Below are positions 40,019 through 52,082 of a stretch of 58,338 nucleotides of DNA, piece after piece. The translations under genes were made by a program, and so were the position numbers. Positions within the stretch are counted from its first letter, which is position 1. Every line of letters begins with the position of its first letter. The notes under the pieces are model-generated. The model saw only the letters and a list, made by a program, of their open reading frames with translations. It was not told where the DNA came from and ran no database searches. This DNA comes from Chiloscyllium plagiosum (taxonomy: Eukaryota), in the NCBI RefSeq assembly GCF_004010195.1, contig NC_057718.1:36918669-36977006 (forward strand). Direction: 5' to 3'.

Positions 40019-40886
40019 GTAAGCAAACCACAGGGAATTTATGCTGATGGAACTGAAATCAGAGTGGAAGCAATGGCACCTTCCAAATCTTCTGCATTGC
40101 CAGTATGAGCATCCGTGGCAGGTGTCCAAATTTCTGGAAAGTAACGCATCTGAATCTTCCACAGAATTGACCACACATGCAATGCTGGAGCCCAGATCAT
40201 GTAGTCCAAAACCACACAAAAGTTAGAGGTGGACTCCTTCATATTCCCCATGGTAATACACAATCTCAAAGGAAGGCAGGTATTCTGCAGTCGAGACTAC
40301 ACAGAAATTATCCTTCTTTCAAAGATTGGGCCCAAATGTCTGCATCTTTCTACTCTTCAGCAGAGCTGAAACAGGACTCTCCCTCATTATGGGCATTTAA
40401 GCGGGCATTGGATAGGCATATGGAGGATAGTGGGCTAATGTAGGTTAGGTGGGCTTGGATCGGCGCAACATCGAGGGCCGAAGGGCCTGTACTGCGCTGT
40501 ATTCTTCTATGTTCTATGTTCTATGTTCTATGTAAGCAAACCACAGGGAATTTATGCTGATGGAACTGAAATCAGAGTGGAAGAGATGGCACCTTCCAAA
40601 TCCTCTGCATTGCCAGTATGAGCATCCGTGGCAGGTGTCCAAATTTCTGGAAAGTAACACATCTGAATCTTCCACAGAATTGACCACACATGCAATGCTG
40701 GAGCCCAGATCATGTAGCCCAAAACCACACAAAAGTTAGAGGTGGACTCCTTCATATTCCCCATGGTAATACACAATCTCAGAGGAAGGCAGGTATTCTG
40801 CAGTCGAGACTACACAGAAAGTATCCTTCTTTCAAAGATTGGGCCCAAATGTCTGCATCTTTCTACTCTTCAGCAGAGCTGAAACA
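40019..40886 (+). repeat. 355-bp direct duplication (40019-40373, 40532-40886) flanking a CR1 tail
   Basis: Copies differ at 7 positions by my count, no indels. Confidence 0.95.
40374..40531 (+). mobile_element. Young 5'-truncated CR1 3' end (158 bp)
   Basis: gcatttaagcgggcattggataggcatatgg...ggcgcaacatcgagggccgaagggcctgtactgcgctgta and (TTCTATG)n tail; CpGs intact. Confidence 0.9.
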
Positions 40887-40954
40887 TTCCCACAGTCAGC
40901 TTTTCAGAGGGCCATCCTTTCAGAACCTGTTCCTGCTCACTTACATTCAGTGAA

Positions 40955-41195
40955 CCATAGAGTCATAGAGATGTACAGCATGGAAACAGACCCTTCGGTC
41001 CAACCCGTCCATGCTGACCAGATATCCCAACCCAATCTAGTCCCACCTGTCAGCACCCGGCCCATATCCCTCCAAACCCTTCCTATTCATATACATATCC
41101 AAATGCCTCTTAAATGTTGCAATTGTACCAGCCTCCACCACACCCTCTGGCAGCTCATTCCATACACGTACCACCCTCTGCATGAAAAAGTTACC
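40955..41195 (-). mobile_element. CR1 (HER1-like) 3' tail
   Basis: catagagtcatagagatgtacagcatggaaacagacccttcggtccaac...; same family as 12566-12777 and 45980-46180. Confidence 0.88.
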
Positions 41196-42234
41196 CAGCG
41201 TTTACTCACTCGCACTGAATATCTGCAACCTAGGAGGTGTTCATTACTGCTCTGGTACTTTGAAGGTTCGTAGTGAGTGATGAGGAAAGTTTTAGGAATA
41301 TGGTTGCTATGGTTATACCTGTACGGCTAGAGCACCCGAATCATCGTAGGATCATTGGAACAAAGGAGAGAGCCCACAGTCAACATACAGTTGAAAGTAC
41401 AAGTGCAGTGCAGCTTGGAGGTGCACTTGCCTAATGAAAGAGAAAAGAAAAATAAAGTTAAGCAAGAATTCGAGCGGTTGGTCACCAATCTTTCCAGCTT
41501 CAATGTTTTACAAAGCCCTCTATTTATAAGATTCTTTTGAGTGTTATGTTGGCTGTACAGCACTTCCACACCCAAAATCTAACTTTTCTTCACAACCTCC
41601 TAACCCCCACACTATACTCTATATTGCTGTCTCTGCCATGTCAAATTTCCCCACCCCTCGGTCTTTTTCACCTTCTCTTGCTCTCCTCTCCATGCCATTT
41701 TCCCCTCCCCCCACCCTTCCTGGCTGCTGCCTTTCAACTGCCCCTTAAGAAGCATGGGAGTGAGTAAATGTGTGGTCTTGCAGGAGGCTTGTGCAGATGT
41801 GGAAGACAGCTTTACATCGGGTGCGTGCTGAAAAGCAGAAGCACCAGGTTAGGAGAAAGAGGAGAAGATAATTATATGAAAGAACGTGCTTCTAGTGAAA
41901 AGTCTGAAACCACTTAACAGGAGTACATTTCATTTGTTGCTAGGTAAACACGGAATGATGTGTGTGTGTAAGTCTGAGGGAGCTGCAGCTGACGAATGTG
42001 GGAACAGACACAGGGTGGTTCATGATCCAAGGAAGAGCATGTGCAAAGGAGGCAACAGATTATATACGAACACATCTACAAGAATACATGAGGTAGGAAC
42101 AGAAATAGGCCCCTTAGTCCCTCGAGCTCGATTAGCCATTCAATAAGGTAATTGCTGATCAGCTAGTGTTTTGAATGAAACATTCCCATCTACTTCTAAA
42201 ACATTTTCACGAAGCAACTGAATTCTTGGTTTGT

Positions 42235-43540
42235 GAAGTGAGGCCCATTGTTGCTCATGAGATGAGGGTCAAGTGTGCTTTTAGGCATTTGATAGTCTTT
42301 GCAGTAATCCATGAAGTCAACCAGTCCACCTCCCAGTAGTCAGAATAATAGTTTACTATGGGAAGATAATCCGTTCTTGCTAGAGCGAAGTAATTTATTT
42401 CCAGTTTCATCCATGGTCTGTCTGGGATGTTGTATGTCCTCAGTGGCTCTCTATCTTGCTTAGCTTGATACTCATACACGAACTGCATTGACTGATGTGC
42501 TCCTTGATTTTGTTGCTCATGTTTGGCCAGTGGACCACACTTCTTGCCTTCCTCAGATTATTCAATCCTTGGTCGTTTGCATGGATGCATTTTAGCATCT
42601 CACATCTCAACTCCTTTGGAACAATTACTTAATTTCCTTTGCACATTATGCCACCTTGGGTTGTAAATTTATCTCTCTATGCCCAATATGATTGTGGCCT
42701 TGATACTGACTGGCCATTCTTTCATCTCTACTTCCTGCAATAGCTGGAGATTTGCATCTTGTTGGATAGTCTTCCATCAAGGAGCTTGTCTGTTATATCA
42801 GCATCTCTGCCGGCTGCTATGAATATGCTCCAGCTGTTGATTGACAGTCTCGGCACTTCTCAGCCAGATATTTGTCTTCTCTCATTGGTGTGATTTCACT
42901 TTTGAATCTCTTCTTCCTTAATCCCTTATTCTGTCTTGAACAAACTCATCTTCTAGTTGCACAAATACATAGCTTTGTACAAGCTATGTTACTGATGTTG
43001 TGTTTTGATCAATCTACTGTTTTTCTCCCCTCCAGTATTGAATACCTAACATTCATTTTTAATATTTATTTGGGGCTCAAAATATTTATTCACAGCTTCT
43101 AAAGTTTCTGCTGAGTGTTTTTCTGGTCTTCAAAGAGATTTGGGGAGGGGATATAGTTTGAAACAGTCTCTTCCAAACCAATGTTAAAAATGTAGCAAGT
43201 TGTACTTGTTTGGATTTACTCAACATAGCTGTAGCCATTGCATAATTCTGCCTTATATCGCCAGTAATGTGAACCAGGACTGCTAAGAGAAATTCTGCAG
43301 CCATTGTCTCTTAAGCTACGTTTTTATCACGATCTTTGTCATTTTTCTTTTTCAGTGGCAGCTCACAGCTCTGCAGCTGTGTTTTTTATTTCAGCTCTGG
43401 AGTCTCACCGCTTCTGACCGTGGTTCAAACGTACAACACTGCAATGTGCTCCACACAATACTTTATTGAAGTGAAGATTCAGATGTCTGTCTCCAGGGTG
43501 TGTGCCTCATGATAGATATCACAGAACTATGAAAGACAAG
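42235..43540 (-). mobile_element. Decayed, internally deleted Gypsy LTR retrotransposon (LTR, PBS, gag, integrase)
   Basis: Integrase: IH...H-like/WPNM..C..C region and IPDRPWMKLEINYF...IVNYYSDYWEVD; gag start ITGDIRQNY...VQLATFLTL; degenerate PBS (cttctgac) at ~43410 before a short LTR. Confidence 0.8.
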
Positions 43541-43752
43541 GACAGATATTTATTCAAAACACTAAGGCCTTATTATAAGGGCTAATAAAGTAACAGGTGT
43601 GTTGATGTTAAAGTTTAAACATTTGTGAGATCCTTTAAAGGGTCTATCAGACTAGTTTGACAGTTGTGTAAAATCAAATTTGCTTTCAGCTATGATTTCA
43701 GCAGTGATTTTGCTGCTCAAGTTTTTTAGTACTTCTAGCTCCAATCACTTTA

Positions 43753-44020
43753 GGGGTGGCACAGTGGCACGTGATGCTGCCTCACAGTGCCTGGGATCCA
43801 GGTTCAATTCCAGCCTTGTGTGACTGTCTGTGTGGAGTATGCATATTTTTCCAATGTCTGTGTGGATTTCTGCCAGGTGGTCAAGTTTCCTCCCTCATTC
43901 AAAGATATGCAGGGTAGGCGTGTTGATAGGGTGAGGGCCTTGATCAAGGTGGTATGCTCTTCAGAGGTTCTATGCAGACTTGATGGGCCTAATGGCCTCT
44001 TCCCTCACTGTAGAGATTCA
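43753..44020 (+). mobile_element. HE1-type V-SINE (decayed)
   Basis: ggggtggcacagtggcac...gctgcctcacagtgcctgggatccaggttcaattcc. Confidence 0.8.
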
Positions 44021-44128
44021 TTTTCTCATTTTTTTTGTTATTGGAAGAGTATTCTGGGTGAGTCGTGAAATTAGCCATCCTGCAGGACTACTTTCCATAT
44101 CTTCAGTTGGTATGGTCTTGCACTCAGG

Positions 44129-45874
44129 CACACCGTCCTGTTCTCCATTTGTCCAGGAACTCCCCAACTATGTTTGGGACACTACTCACACCCTTCACCT
44201 GCTCCACAATTTTCATTTCCTCGGCCCCCCAACACCTCATCTTCACCATGGACATCCATCCACAATGACGAAGGCCTTCAAGCCCTCCATTTCTTCCTCT
44301 CACGCCGTCCTAACCAGTACCCTTCCACCGACACCCTCACCCACCTGGCTGAACTGGTCCTCACCCTCAAGAACTTCTCCTTCCAATCCTCCCACTTCTT
44401 CCAAATCAAAGGGGTAGCCATGGGCACTCACACAGGACCCAGCTATGCCTGCTTTTTGTGAGATACATGGAACAGTCCGTCTTCCGCAGTTACATCGGCA
44501 CCAACACCAACCTGGCGTGTTCCTCTGTTACATTGATAATTCATCGGCGCTGCCTCGTGCTCCCACGAGGCAGTTGAACAGTTCATCAATTTCACCAACA
44601 CATTTCATTCTGACCTCAAATTCACCTGGACCATCTCAGACTCCTAGGTCCCCTTCCTGGACCTCTCCATCTCCATCTCCAGCAACTGACTAATTATGGA
44701 CATCTACTACAAGCCCACCAACTCCCACAACTACTTAGATGACACCTCTCCCCACCCTACCTCCTGTAAAAATGCCATCCCTTATTCCCAATTCCTCCGC
44801 CTCCACCACCAGAATGACCAGTTCCACCTCAGAAAGTCCCAGATGGCCTCCTTCTTCCAAGATCACAATTTCCCTTCCCACGTGGTCAACAAAGCCCTCC
44901 AGTGCATCTCGTCCGCTTCCTGCATCACCGCCCTTGAACCCCACCCCTCCCAACACAACAAAGACAGAACCCACTCCCCCGTCCTCACCTTCCACCCCAC
45001 CAACCTCCACATACCTCGCATTATCCTCTGCCACTTCCTCCACCTACAAACGGACTCCACTACCAGAGATATATTCTTCTCCCCACCTCTATCAGCATTC
45101 CAAAGAGACCATTTCCTCTGTGACTCCCTCATCAGATCCACGCCCACACCCCACTCCTGGCACCTTTCTCTGCCACTGCAGGAAGTGCAAGACCTATGCC
45201 CACACCACTCCCCTCACCTCTGTCCAAGGCCCCAAGGGATCCTTCCTCATCCAACAGGAATTCACCTGCACCTCCACCAATGTCATCTACTGTATCCATT
45301 GCACCTCATGTGGTCTCCTCTAACTCGGGGAGACAGAATGTCTATTTGCGGATAGTTTTAGGGAGCGTCTCTGGGACACCCGCACCCACCAACCCCACTG
45401 TGTCATAGCTGAACACCTCAACTCCCCCTCCCACTCTGTCAAGGACATGCAGGTCTTGGGCATCCTCCATTGCCAAACAGTTACTACCTGACTCCTGGAG
45501 GAAGAGCGCCTCATATTCTGCCTTGGGACCTTACAACCACACGGAATCAATGTCAATTTCAACAGTTTCCTCATTTTCCCTCCCCCCACTTTATCCCAGT
45601 CCCAAACCTCCAACTCAGCAGCACCCTCCTGACCTGTCCATCACCTTTCCCAACTATCCACTCCACCCTCCTCTCCGACGTATAATCTTCCCCCTCACCT
45701 TCGTCTATCGATTTTATCTCTGAGCCCCCCGGTCCACAAGTCTCATTCCTCATGAAGAGCTTTGCCCGAAACGTCGATTCTCCTGCTCCTCGGATGCTGC
45801 CTGACCTGCTGTGCTTTTCCAGCGCCACACTCTTGACTCTGATCTCCAGCATCTGCAGTCCTCGCTTTCTTCTC
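44129..45874 (+). mobile_element. 5'-truncated Penelope-like retroelement (RT + GIY-YIG + terminal repeat), 10-bp TSD
   Basis: LIFTMD, SIHNDEGL, QIKGVAMGT..GPSYA, YIDN (YIDD), DIYYKPTNSHNYLD, C..CK.., NVIYCIHC..CGLL*LGET (broken GIY-YIG), LEEERLIFCLGTLQPHGIN; TSD tgcactcagg at 44119-44128 and 45875-45884. Confidence 0.95.
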
Positions 45875-45979
45875 TGCACTCAGGAATTGCCTTATAAACG
45901 TCTAGGTTGGATGTGTTTGATTTCTTCGAGGATTTTTGCTGCCACCCAAGCCTTGCCATTTAACTGAAGACAGTAGGGC

Positions 45980-46180
45980 GATAGAGTCATACAGCATGGA
46001 AACAGACCCTTCGGTCCAACTCATCCATGCCAATCAAGTTTCCTAAGCTAAAGTAGTCCCACTTGCCTGCATTTGACCCATATGCATCTAAACCTTTCCT
46101 ATTCATGTACCTATTCCAAATGTCTTTTAAGTGTTGTAACTACATGCATTTACCACGATCTCTTGCAGTTCATTTCACAT
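45980..46180 (-). mobile_element. CR1 (HER1-like) 3' tail
   Basis: atagagtcatacagcatggaaacagacccttcggtccaac. Confidence 0.85.
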
Positions 46181-46914
46181 ATGAACATGTGTGGTATTGA
46201 ATTTGCCAATCTTTTACAAGGGCCTGAATTTTTCACCTGTGACCTAAGGTTTATTGTCACTCATCACAACATTTGGAATACCGTAAGGATTGAAGTCTGT
46301 TTTCAGGCTTTCTACAATCTCAGGTAGTCATTGAAATCAGCTGGTCTACCTTCCAGTTGTTACAACATTAGCCCATGGTGACAAGCTAATCAGTTCCTGG
46401 AAGTTGAATAGCTTCCATCGCTTCCTCCATGGTCTCTCTAGTGTGTGGCATCAGAGTTTCTGTAGTTCTGTAGATTGGTTTGCCCATGCTGGTGTGGTCT
46501 TTGATTTCATTACTCACGTTCTGGCCAGTAAAATATGACCCTTGCCTTCCTCACACTTGACTCAGTTCCTTGGTGGCTTGCATGAATGTGCTTTAGCATC
46601 CCTCTTTCCATCACTCCTTAGGAATAATTGAGCATGGTGAGCAATATCTTCTTCAGTTGTTTTTCTGTGTTCATAAACTAGCAGATTATCCACCATAACT
46701 TCCTCTCTGGGTAGATCTTTATGATATCATATTATCCATGTTGATACCTCTCTGATGCTATCTGTATCTCCTAATACCATCTGTATCTCCTGAACAGTGT
46801 CCAGGAGGTAGTTACAAAGCTGCTGCTTTCATCTAGCTTCATTTGCCAGTAACTATCCATCATTTAAGGATTTTGGCCGTTGCAAGTTATGGCAAAGTTC
46901 CTTTGATGGTTAAC

Positions 46915-47170
46915 ATAGGATAGTCATAGATAATGGTACAGCATTAAAACAGGCCCTTTGGCCTGTCTATGCTGACCATCAAACTCCAAACTACACTAAT
47001 CCCATTTACCTGCAATTGGTCCATAGTCTCCTGTACCCTGGCATTTTAACTGCTCATCCAGAAGCTTCATAAATGTTGCAAGAGTAGCTGCCTCCATCAC
47101 CCTCTCAGGCAGCATATTTCAATCACAAGATGTGAAAATGTTTTCTCAGATCCGCTCTTAGCTACGTAAT
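46915..47170 (-). mobile_element. CR1-type 3' tail inserted in the Gypsy RT
   Basis: catag...gtacagcattaaaacaggccctttggcc...ctgcctccatcaccctctcaggcagc. Confidence 0.75.
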
Positions 47171-47996
47171 CCTCACTTTATAAGGAGATCCTCACCTTAG
47201 TGAGACCTATTCAGAGCTTTATTTGGTTGAATGCTTTCTCTCAGTTTTCCAGGTTGTATCACTGCTTCTGTGTAACAAATCCATTCTGTGGGCATTACTC
47301 CTGATTACTCATTTCTTTTCTCCTCTTTCTTTTCTTTCAGTCTGCGCTTGAGGAAGGTTGAAACGTTCCTTGTAGATGCTGAAATGGTCTTACACTCGCA
47401 TTTACTTTGAGATGATATTTTCCACGAAAACGTCCTAAACCTGTAAACGCCGTTTAACAATTGAGAGTGTCTCGAGTCTATAATCTCTTCAGTGGTCACT
47501 ATTTTAGCTGTGTGCCTTGCAAATCTCTTTTGACACGTTGAGGGGTATCAATCCAAGTCATTGAGACTTATTCTGAATGAGATGAGTGGTTTTTGTTTGC
47601 CATCTATGATCTTCACTGTTCTCCTTGTATTGGGATCGCGTAGAGAATTGAGCGGTCAGCACAGGTTTAATGCCATCATAAGTCTCAAGCTTACCTTCAA
47701 CGGCTTCATTTTTGCATTACCGTGTTGAGTACTTTACATGGGTCTATGGCGGTTAGGGGGTTGCATGACACACCGTTGTCTACCTAACAATCCCTATTAA
47801 CTTGATGTTCGCATTTCGCAGCCATCATTCTAGTAGTCACAATCCATTTATCATCTTTCAAACTAACTGAAACAAGCTATTCGACAACAAAGAGTGATTT
47901 GGCAGAATCTATACCTGATATCTCTCCACAGGCTGCCAGCACTGCTTGTTAGGCTTCCTTCTACCCAAATGCTTAAGTATAAAATTCTTCTTTCAG

Positions 47997-48858
47997 TGTT
48001 AGATCTCATGGTTTCTGATGAGAGTCTGAGTCATGGGGTGGTTTCAGGTAACCTTTATTGCAGCTTTATTTTCAGTACAGCTTAATTTCTTCAGAGCAGT
48101 AAGGCACAGAAAAAGTTTCAGAATGTCTTAACTTATACAGTCTAAACTTAGAGTGGACCACCTCCCCACCCCCTTTGTTTGCTATTGATCAACAGAGCTG
48201 AGTTTATCCCTTCGTAATTGGATCTCTGGTACACCATCTTATACAGTACAGGCTTGTCTCAGCAATTTATTTGACACAAATTAACTGTTCCTTAACCCGA
48301 AGGAAATACTGCTGCATTCCATAATTTCAATGTATTTTGAATTGAGCTAATCTTATCACTGAATGACAAAGAGATAGACAGGCATCTGTCCATCCCCAAT
48401 TCTTTATGCTTTCATAATGTTACCAGAATCTCTAATCTCCCTGTAATGATATCTCATTGTTTTGACTGTCTGAGACTGGTTTAAATCTTTTCCTCTAATG
48501 CTTTTGGTGATTATTATATGTGGATCTATAACTACTTCAGAATCGACATCTGTGATTATCTGAAGAATCTTAACTAAAACCTGCACTTGGGTATTGTAAC
48601 AGATTGTTTAAATAATTTAAAAACACTAATTAGTATGAAATGTTCGTAGCTGTGTCTGATGAATAAGTAGCTCTAGCTGTATATTCTATCTCAGTTTGGT
48701 GACCTTGAGTATACAGAGCTACTATTGTTCTACTTGTGAAGACTACATTAAGCAAACATTTTTCCAAGGTCTCTAACTACTGTCAGCCATGTTTCGATGC
48801 ATTAGCCATGGGTAGCCGTCGGCCATTTTGGGCTGCTCAGTCATGGGCAGTCCCAACA
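47997..48858. mobile_element. Solo-LTR-like insertion within Gypsy gag
   Basis: Starts TGTTAG and ends CCAACA; gag reading appears to resume on both sides; no TSD seen. Confidence 0.5.
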
Positions 48859-49085
48859 CACCGCGTTCTCCATGCTGGATATGCCTACTTTCCCTTTGTA
48901 TGATGACCTGTGCAGTATTTGCATTTTGCAAATGTCTGTGATAGTTCTGCTGATTCAGGCTAGACTGTCTATCAGCACAATGCAAGGCCTGGTCTGATTT
49001 TCCCTGAATATGCTGTAGCTGCTGATTTATAACTTCAGTGAGCTGCATACATCAATTGCATGTCTTAGAGTCAGTTCCTTCTGTC

Positions 49086-49990
49086 TATTACAAGACCGAA
49101 TCAGATTTGCTAACACTGGCTATTTCAACACAGTGAAATTAAAATATTCAACGCCCTTAAATTTTCCCAAATGGTCCAAGCTAGACTTTATGAATAACTG
49201 ATATCAGACACCAAGTTAATAGCTTGAACAGAAATTAACAACTTATTATTAATCTGTAACTTTAGCGACAAGAGTTATACAATAAGATCATCTAATTAAT
49301 GTCAAAGATTTAAACCCCCCTACTCAAATACATAGACAGACAGATAGGCACAGTTAAATGATAAATTAAAAGAAAAATAAGAATTCTAATTTGCCAGTGT
49401 AATGGTTTCAGAATGGGAACCAAGCCTTCTGAAATACTTGGTTCAAGGAGATATTCACTAGCAAATAAGTTGTATGTTTTGCTTGAATTCCGAAATCACT
49501 GATTCATTCCAACAGCTTCTAGCAGGTTCTGAGGAATATTCACTTACTTCTTATAAACTGGGATAATTTTCTCTGAACTTTCACTGAGTTGATAATTGGA
49601 GGATAACTAGCAAGAAACCAAAACTCTATCCAGCAGCTTTCACAGCCACACTGTCTTTCTCATAACAAAAACCAGTTCAATGCCTGGTTTGCTTTTCTTT
49701 TATCATTCTCTTTGTTTGACTGATCAGTATTGGCCTTCCTCTCTAAACAGTCAAGCACCCTTCGTCCTTCAATATAATGCATCTTAGGTGCCAAAATGCC
49801 CACAGTGTTCTTAGAAAAATAATCAACCTACAATTAACTTTCTAGGCCAGTTCCCATAAACAAATATAAATCTGTTTGTTATTTCTATTCTTTTAAAACA
49901 AAACAAGCTGTTTCTCCAAGTTCAACTATCAACTTCAGCTCACTGTTAGTCCAAAAATGAGAAAAATAAGAGAATATTGTAATTGTGTCA
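49086..49990. mobile_element. Solo-LTR-like insertion within Gypsy gag
   Basis: Degenerate T(G)TTAC...GTGTCA ends; gag IVFS...LR | RQKELTL joins across it; no TSD seen. Confidence 0.5.
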
Positions 49991-51911
49991 ACATTTCTCA
50001 GGCAGGATCTCTTCTGCTGAACACAATTGCGTATTTAAATAGATAATCCTTTAGGTTTGCAAATTCATTGGATTCTGTGAGCTGTGTTAATGCAGTTACA
50101 CATTGTTCCATGGATCCCTCTTCACCACGGACCTTAATATTGAACATGTACCAGTCATTAGTTACGTTCAGTTGGTGTTCAAAGCTTGCCTTCACCTCTT
50201 TCAAAATTTCTGTTACCCCTTTGCTTTGGTTCTTCCAAGAGATTTAGGGTGGAATACTGCAGGGATATAAATTTGCTATTCATATCTTTGCTGATTTGTT
50301 ACTTAACCCTGTTGCAATTTCATGATGTTGCTGTTATGAGTAGAAAGCCTATCAGTTCATCTTCATATCTCTTTTGATTTTTACCAACGCTAGGAGAGGG
50401 AAATATACAGTCATTGTGCTTTAACCAGTGTTTTCAGCTGTGACCTGCTTCGGTGTTCCCTGTCTGCGGAGTTTGGAAGCTTTTTAGCAGCTTTCAGCAA
50501 TTCTAAACATTCCTGTGATCCTATTTGTGGCTGTGCTTCTAAATAGCTCTTCAATACTCAATCTTATCTTTACTATGACACCACATTGCGAGCGTACCAA
50601 ATAACAGTCTTGCTTGTACTGCGTGTCTATTGAACCTCAGATGGATGCCTGCAAGTGAGTGCCCACAGTAGAGGTCACAACTACAGCAAGCCAGGAGGCA
50701 CAGCTCTACAATTTTTATCTCAAATGTACATTATCTATTGCCCAGTATTTTGGAGATGACCATGGAGATGACAAAGTATTGCATGTTGACTTGTGAATAA
50801 TTCATTCAAAGGAAAATACATTGCCACAAGTCTCTAAAACTACTGTACCAGATTGTTAATCGTTGTACCGGGTAGCATGATAACTCATTAGTGCTTTGTG
50901 CCAGACTGAAAACTAATATTGATGTTCCTAAGTTTGTTTTGGAGAAGACTTCAGATTGAACAATAAAAAAGCTCTTGTTCATTCACACAACAGAGTTTGG
51001 CTTCATGCTGACAACTGGAATAGGTCACAAAGTCTTTGGTCCTTAATTTGGACGCATTGTGCCACAGTTGGAAATATTGTAGTTGTTTATGGTACGAAGA
51101 ACGTCCCATGTTGCTCAATTCATATAATTGGTACTCTTAGTTTCAAATAAAAACTCAGACCAAAAACCAAAAAAACCTGACTCTTATCACATGACTATAT
51201 TGAAGGCTTTACCTATTTATAAGCAGAAAGTTGAAATCGAATTTGACTTTACTTCTACAATAATCTTTCAGAAAGTACAGCACTTGGTTTAGTAAATGCT
51301 AAACATTTGAGTGCAAGTGTTCTTACAGAGAATGGAGGCAGCAAACTCTGGCAGTTCCCACAGTCTTCCCAAGTTCACCTTGCTGCCTTTAGTAGAAAGC
51401 GATCCACCTGGGTTCCAGCAGGGATGGGGCCTAATGGCTGAGGTGGGAAGTTGAGCAGTTGAGAAGTTGAGTTGGAATTTTTACTCCTCATTTTTGCCTG
51501 TGATTCCTTAAAACAGGAGAGAGATCGCTGGAGCTAATAGTCTTTTCCCTTTCTACAGGCAAGATAACTTAAGGTACCTACTCAACTGGGGGAAAAAAGC
51601 CAACATTTCTGATCTTTCTAAATGCAGGTACCTCATGCATATACTTGATGAATGTTTAGATGATTTTATTCAGCCTAAACATGAAATCAGAGAAGCGCAC
51701 ACATAAATAGCAAGGGAAAGGACAGCCACTGAGTTGTTCTTGTTAATTAGAAATGAAATCAGGCTGATTCTATAATTGGTAGGTGATTCCTTCTGCTAGT
51801 TTATTGTTTGTGATGAAACTGAAATTTCTAGATTTGTATTTCAATTTAGATATGTATTTTAATTTTGCAAGTTTGGGTTGTTGGAATTCTAAGTTAAACC
51901 TACATGGATTT

Positions 51912-52082
51912 CATGATGTGGAGGTGCTGGTGTTGGACTGGGGTGGACAAAGTTAAAAATCACATAACACCAGGTTTATTTGGAAGTACTAGCATTCGGA
52001 GCACTGCTCCTTCATTAGGTAGCTGTGCTAGTACTTCCAAATAAACCTGTTGGAGTATAACCTGGTGTTGTGTGATTTTTAA
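51912..52082. mobile_element. Palindromic non-autonomous Penelope-derived element with 12-bp TSD (family of 20127-20313)
   Basis: gttaaaaatcacataacaccagg...cctggtgttgtgtgatttttaac; TSD ctacatggattt at 51900-51911 and 52083-52094. Confidence 0.82.

Larger units (their letters stand above)
46185..50710 (-). mobile_element. Decayed Gypsy LTR retrotransposon (LTR-PBS-gag-PR-RT-IN) with three nested insertions
   Basis: Short LTR ~50584-50710; PBS-like tgacacca at 50576-50583; gag (49993-50500: RGEEGSMEQCVTALTQL; 48860-49085: RQKELTLRHAIDVC, CKYCTGHH knuckle); protease VDNGVSCN ~47775; GLGRFRGKYHL; RT WTLFRRYRW and MVDNLLVY ~46690; integrase YGIPNVVMSDN ~46270. Confidence 0.85.

Noticed and set aside
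39944..40024. Possible exon ending at CAG|GTAAGC (40018)
   Set aside because: Weak acceptor, unrecognised peptide, and it lies next to probable transposon-derived DNA; no further support
44696..45355. 219-aa and 194-aa ORFs as functional genes
   Set aside because: Fragments of a disrupted Penelope ORF (YIDD to YIDN, stop in GIY-YIG)
47300..47410. Very strong apparent splice acceptor (ttcttttctcctctttcttttctttcag) suggesting a host exon
   Set aside because: The pyrimidine tract is the antisense of the Gypsy pol K/E-rich segment (LKRRLKEKKEEK); fully explained by the retrotransposon
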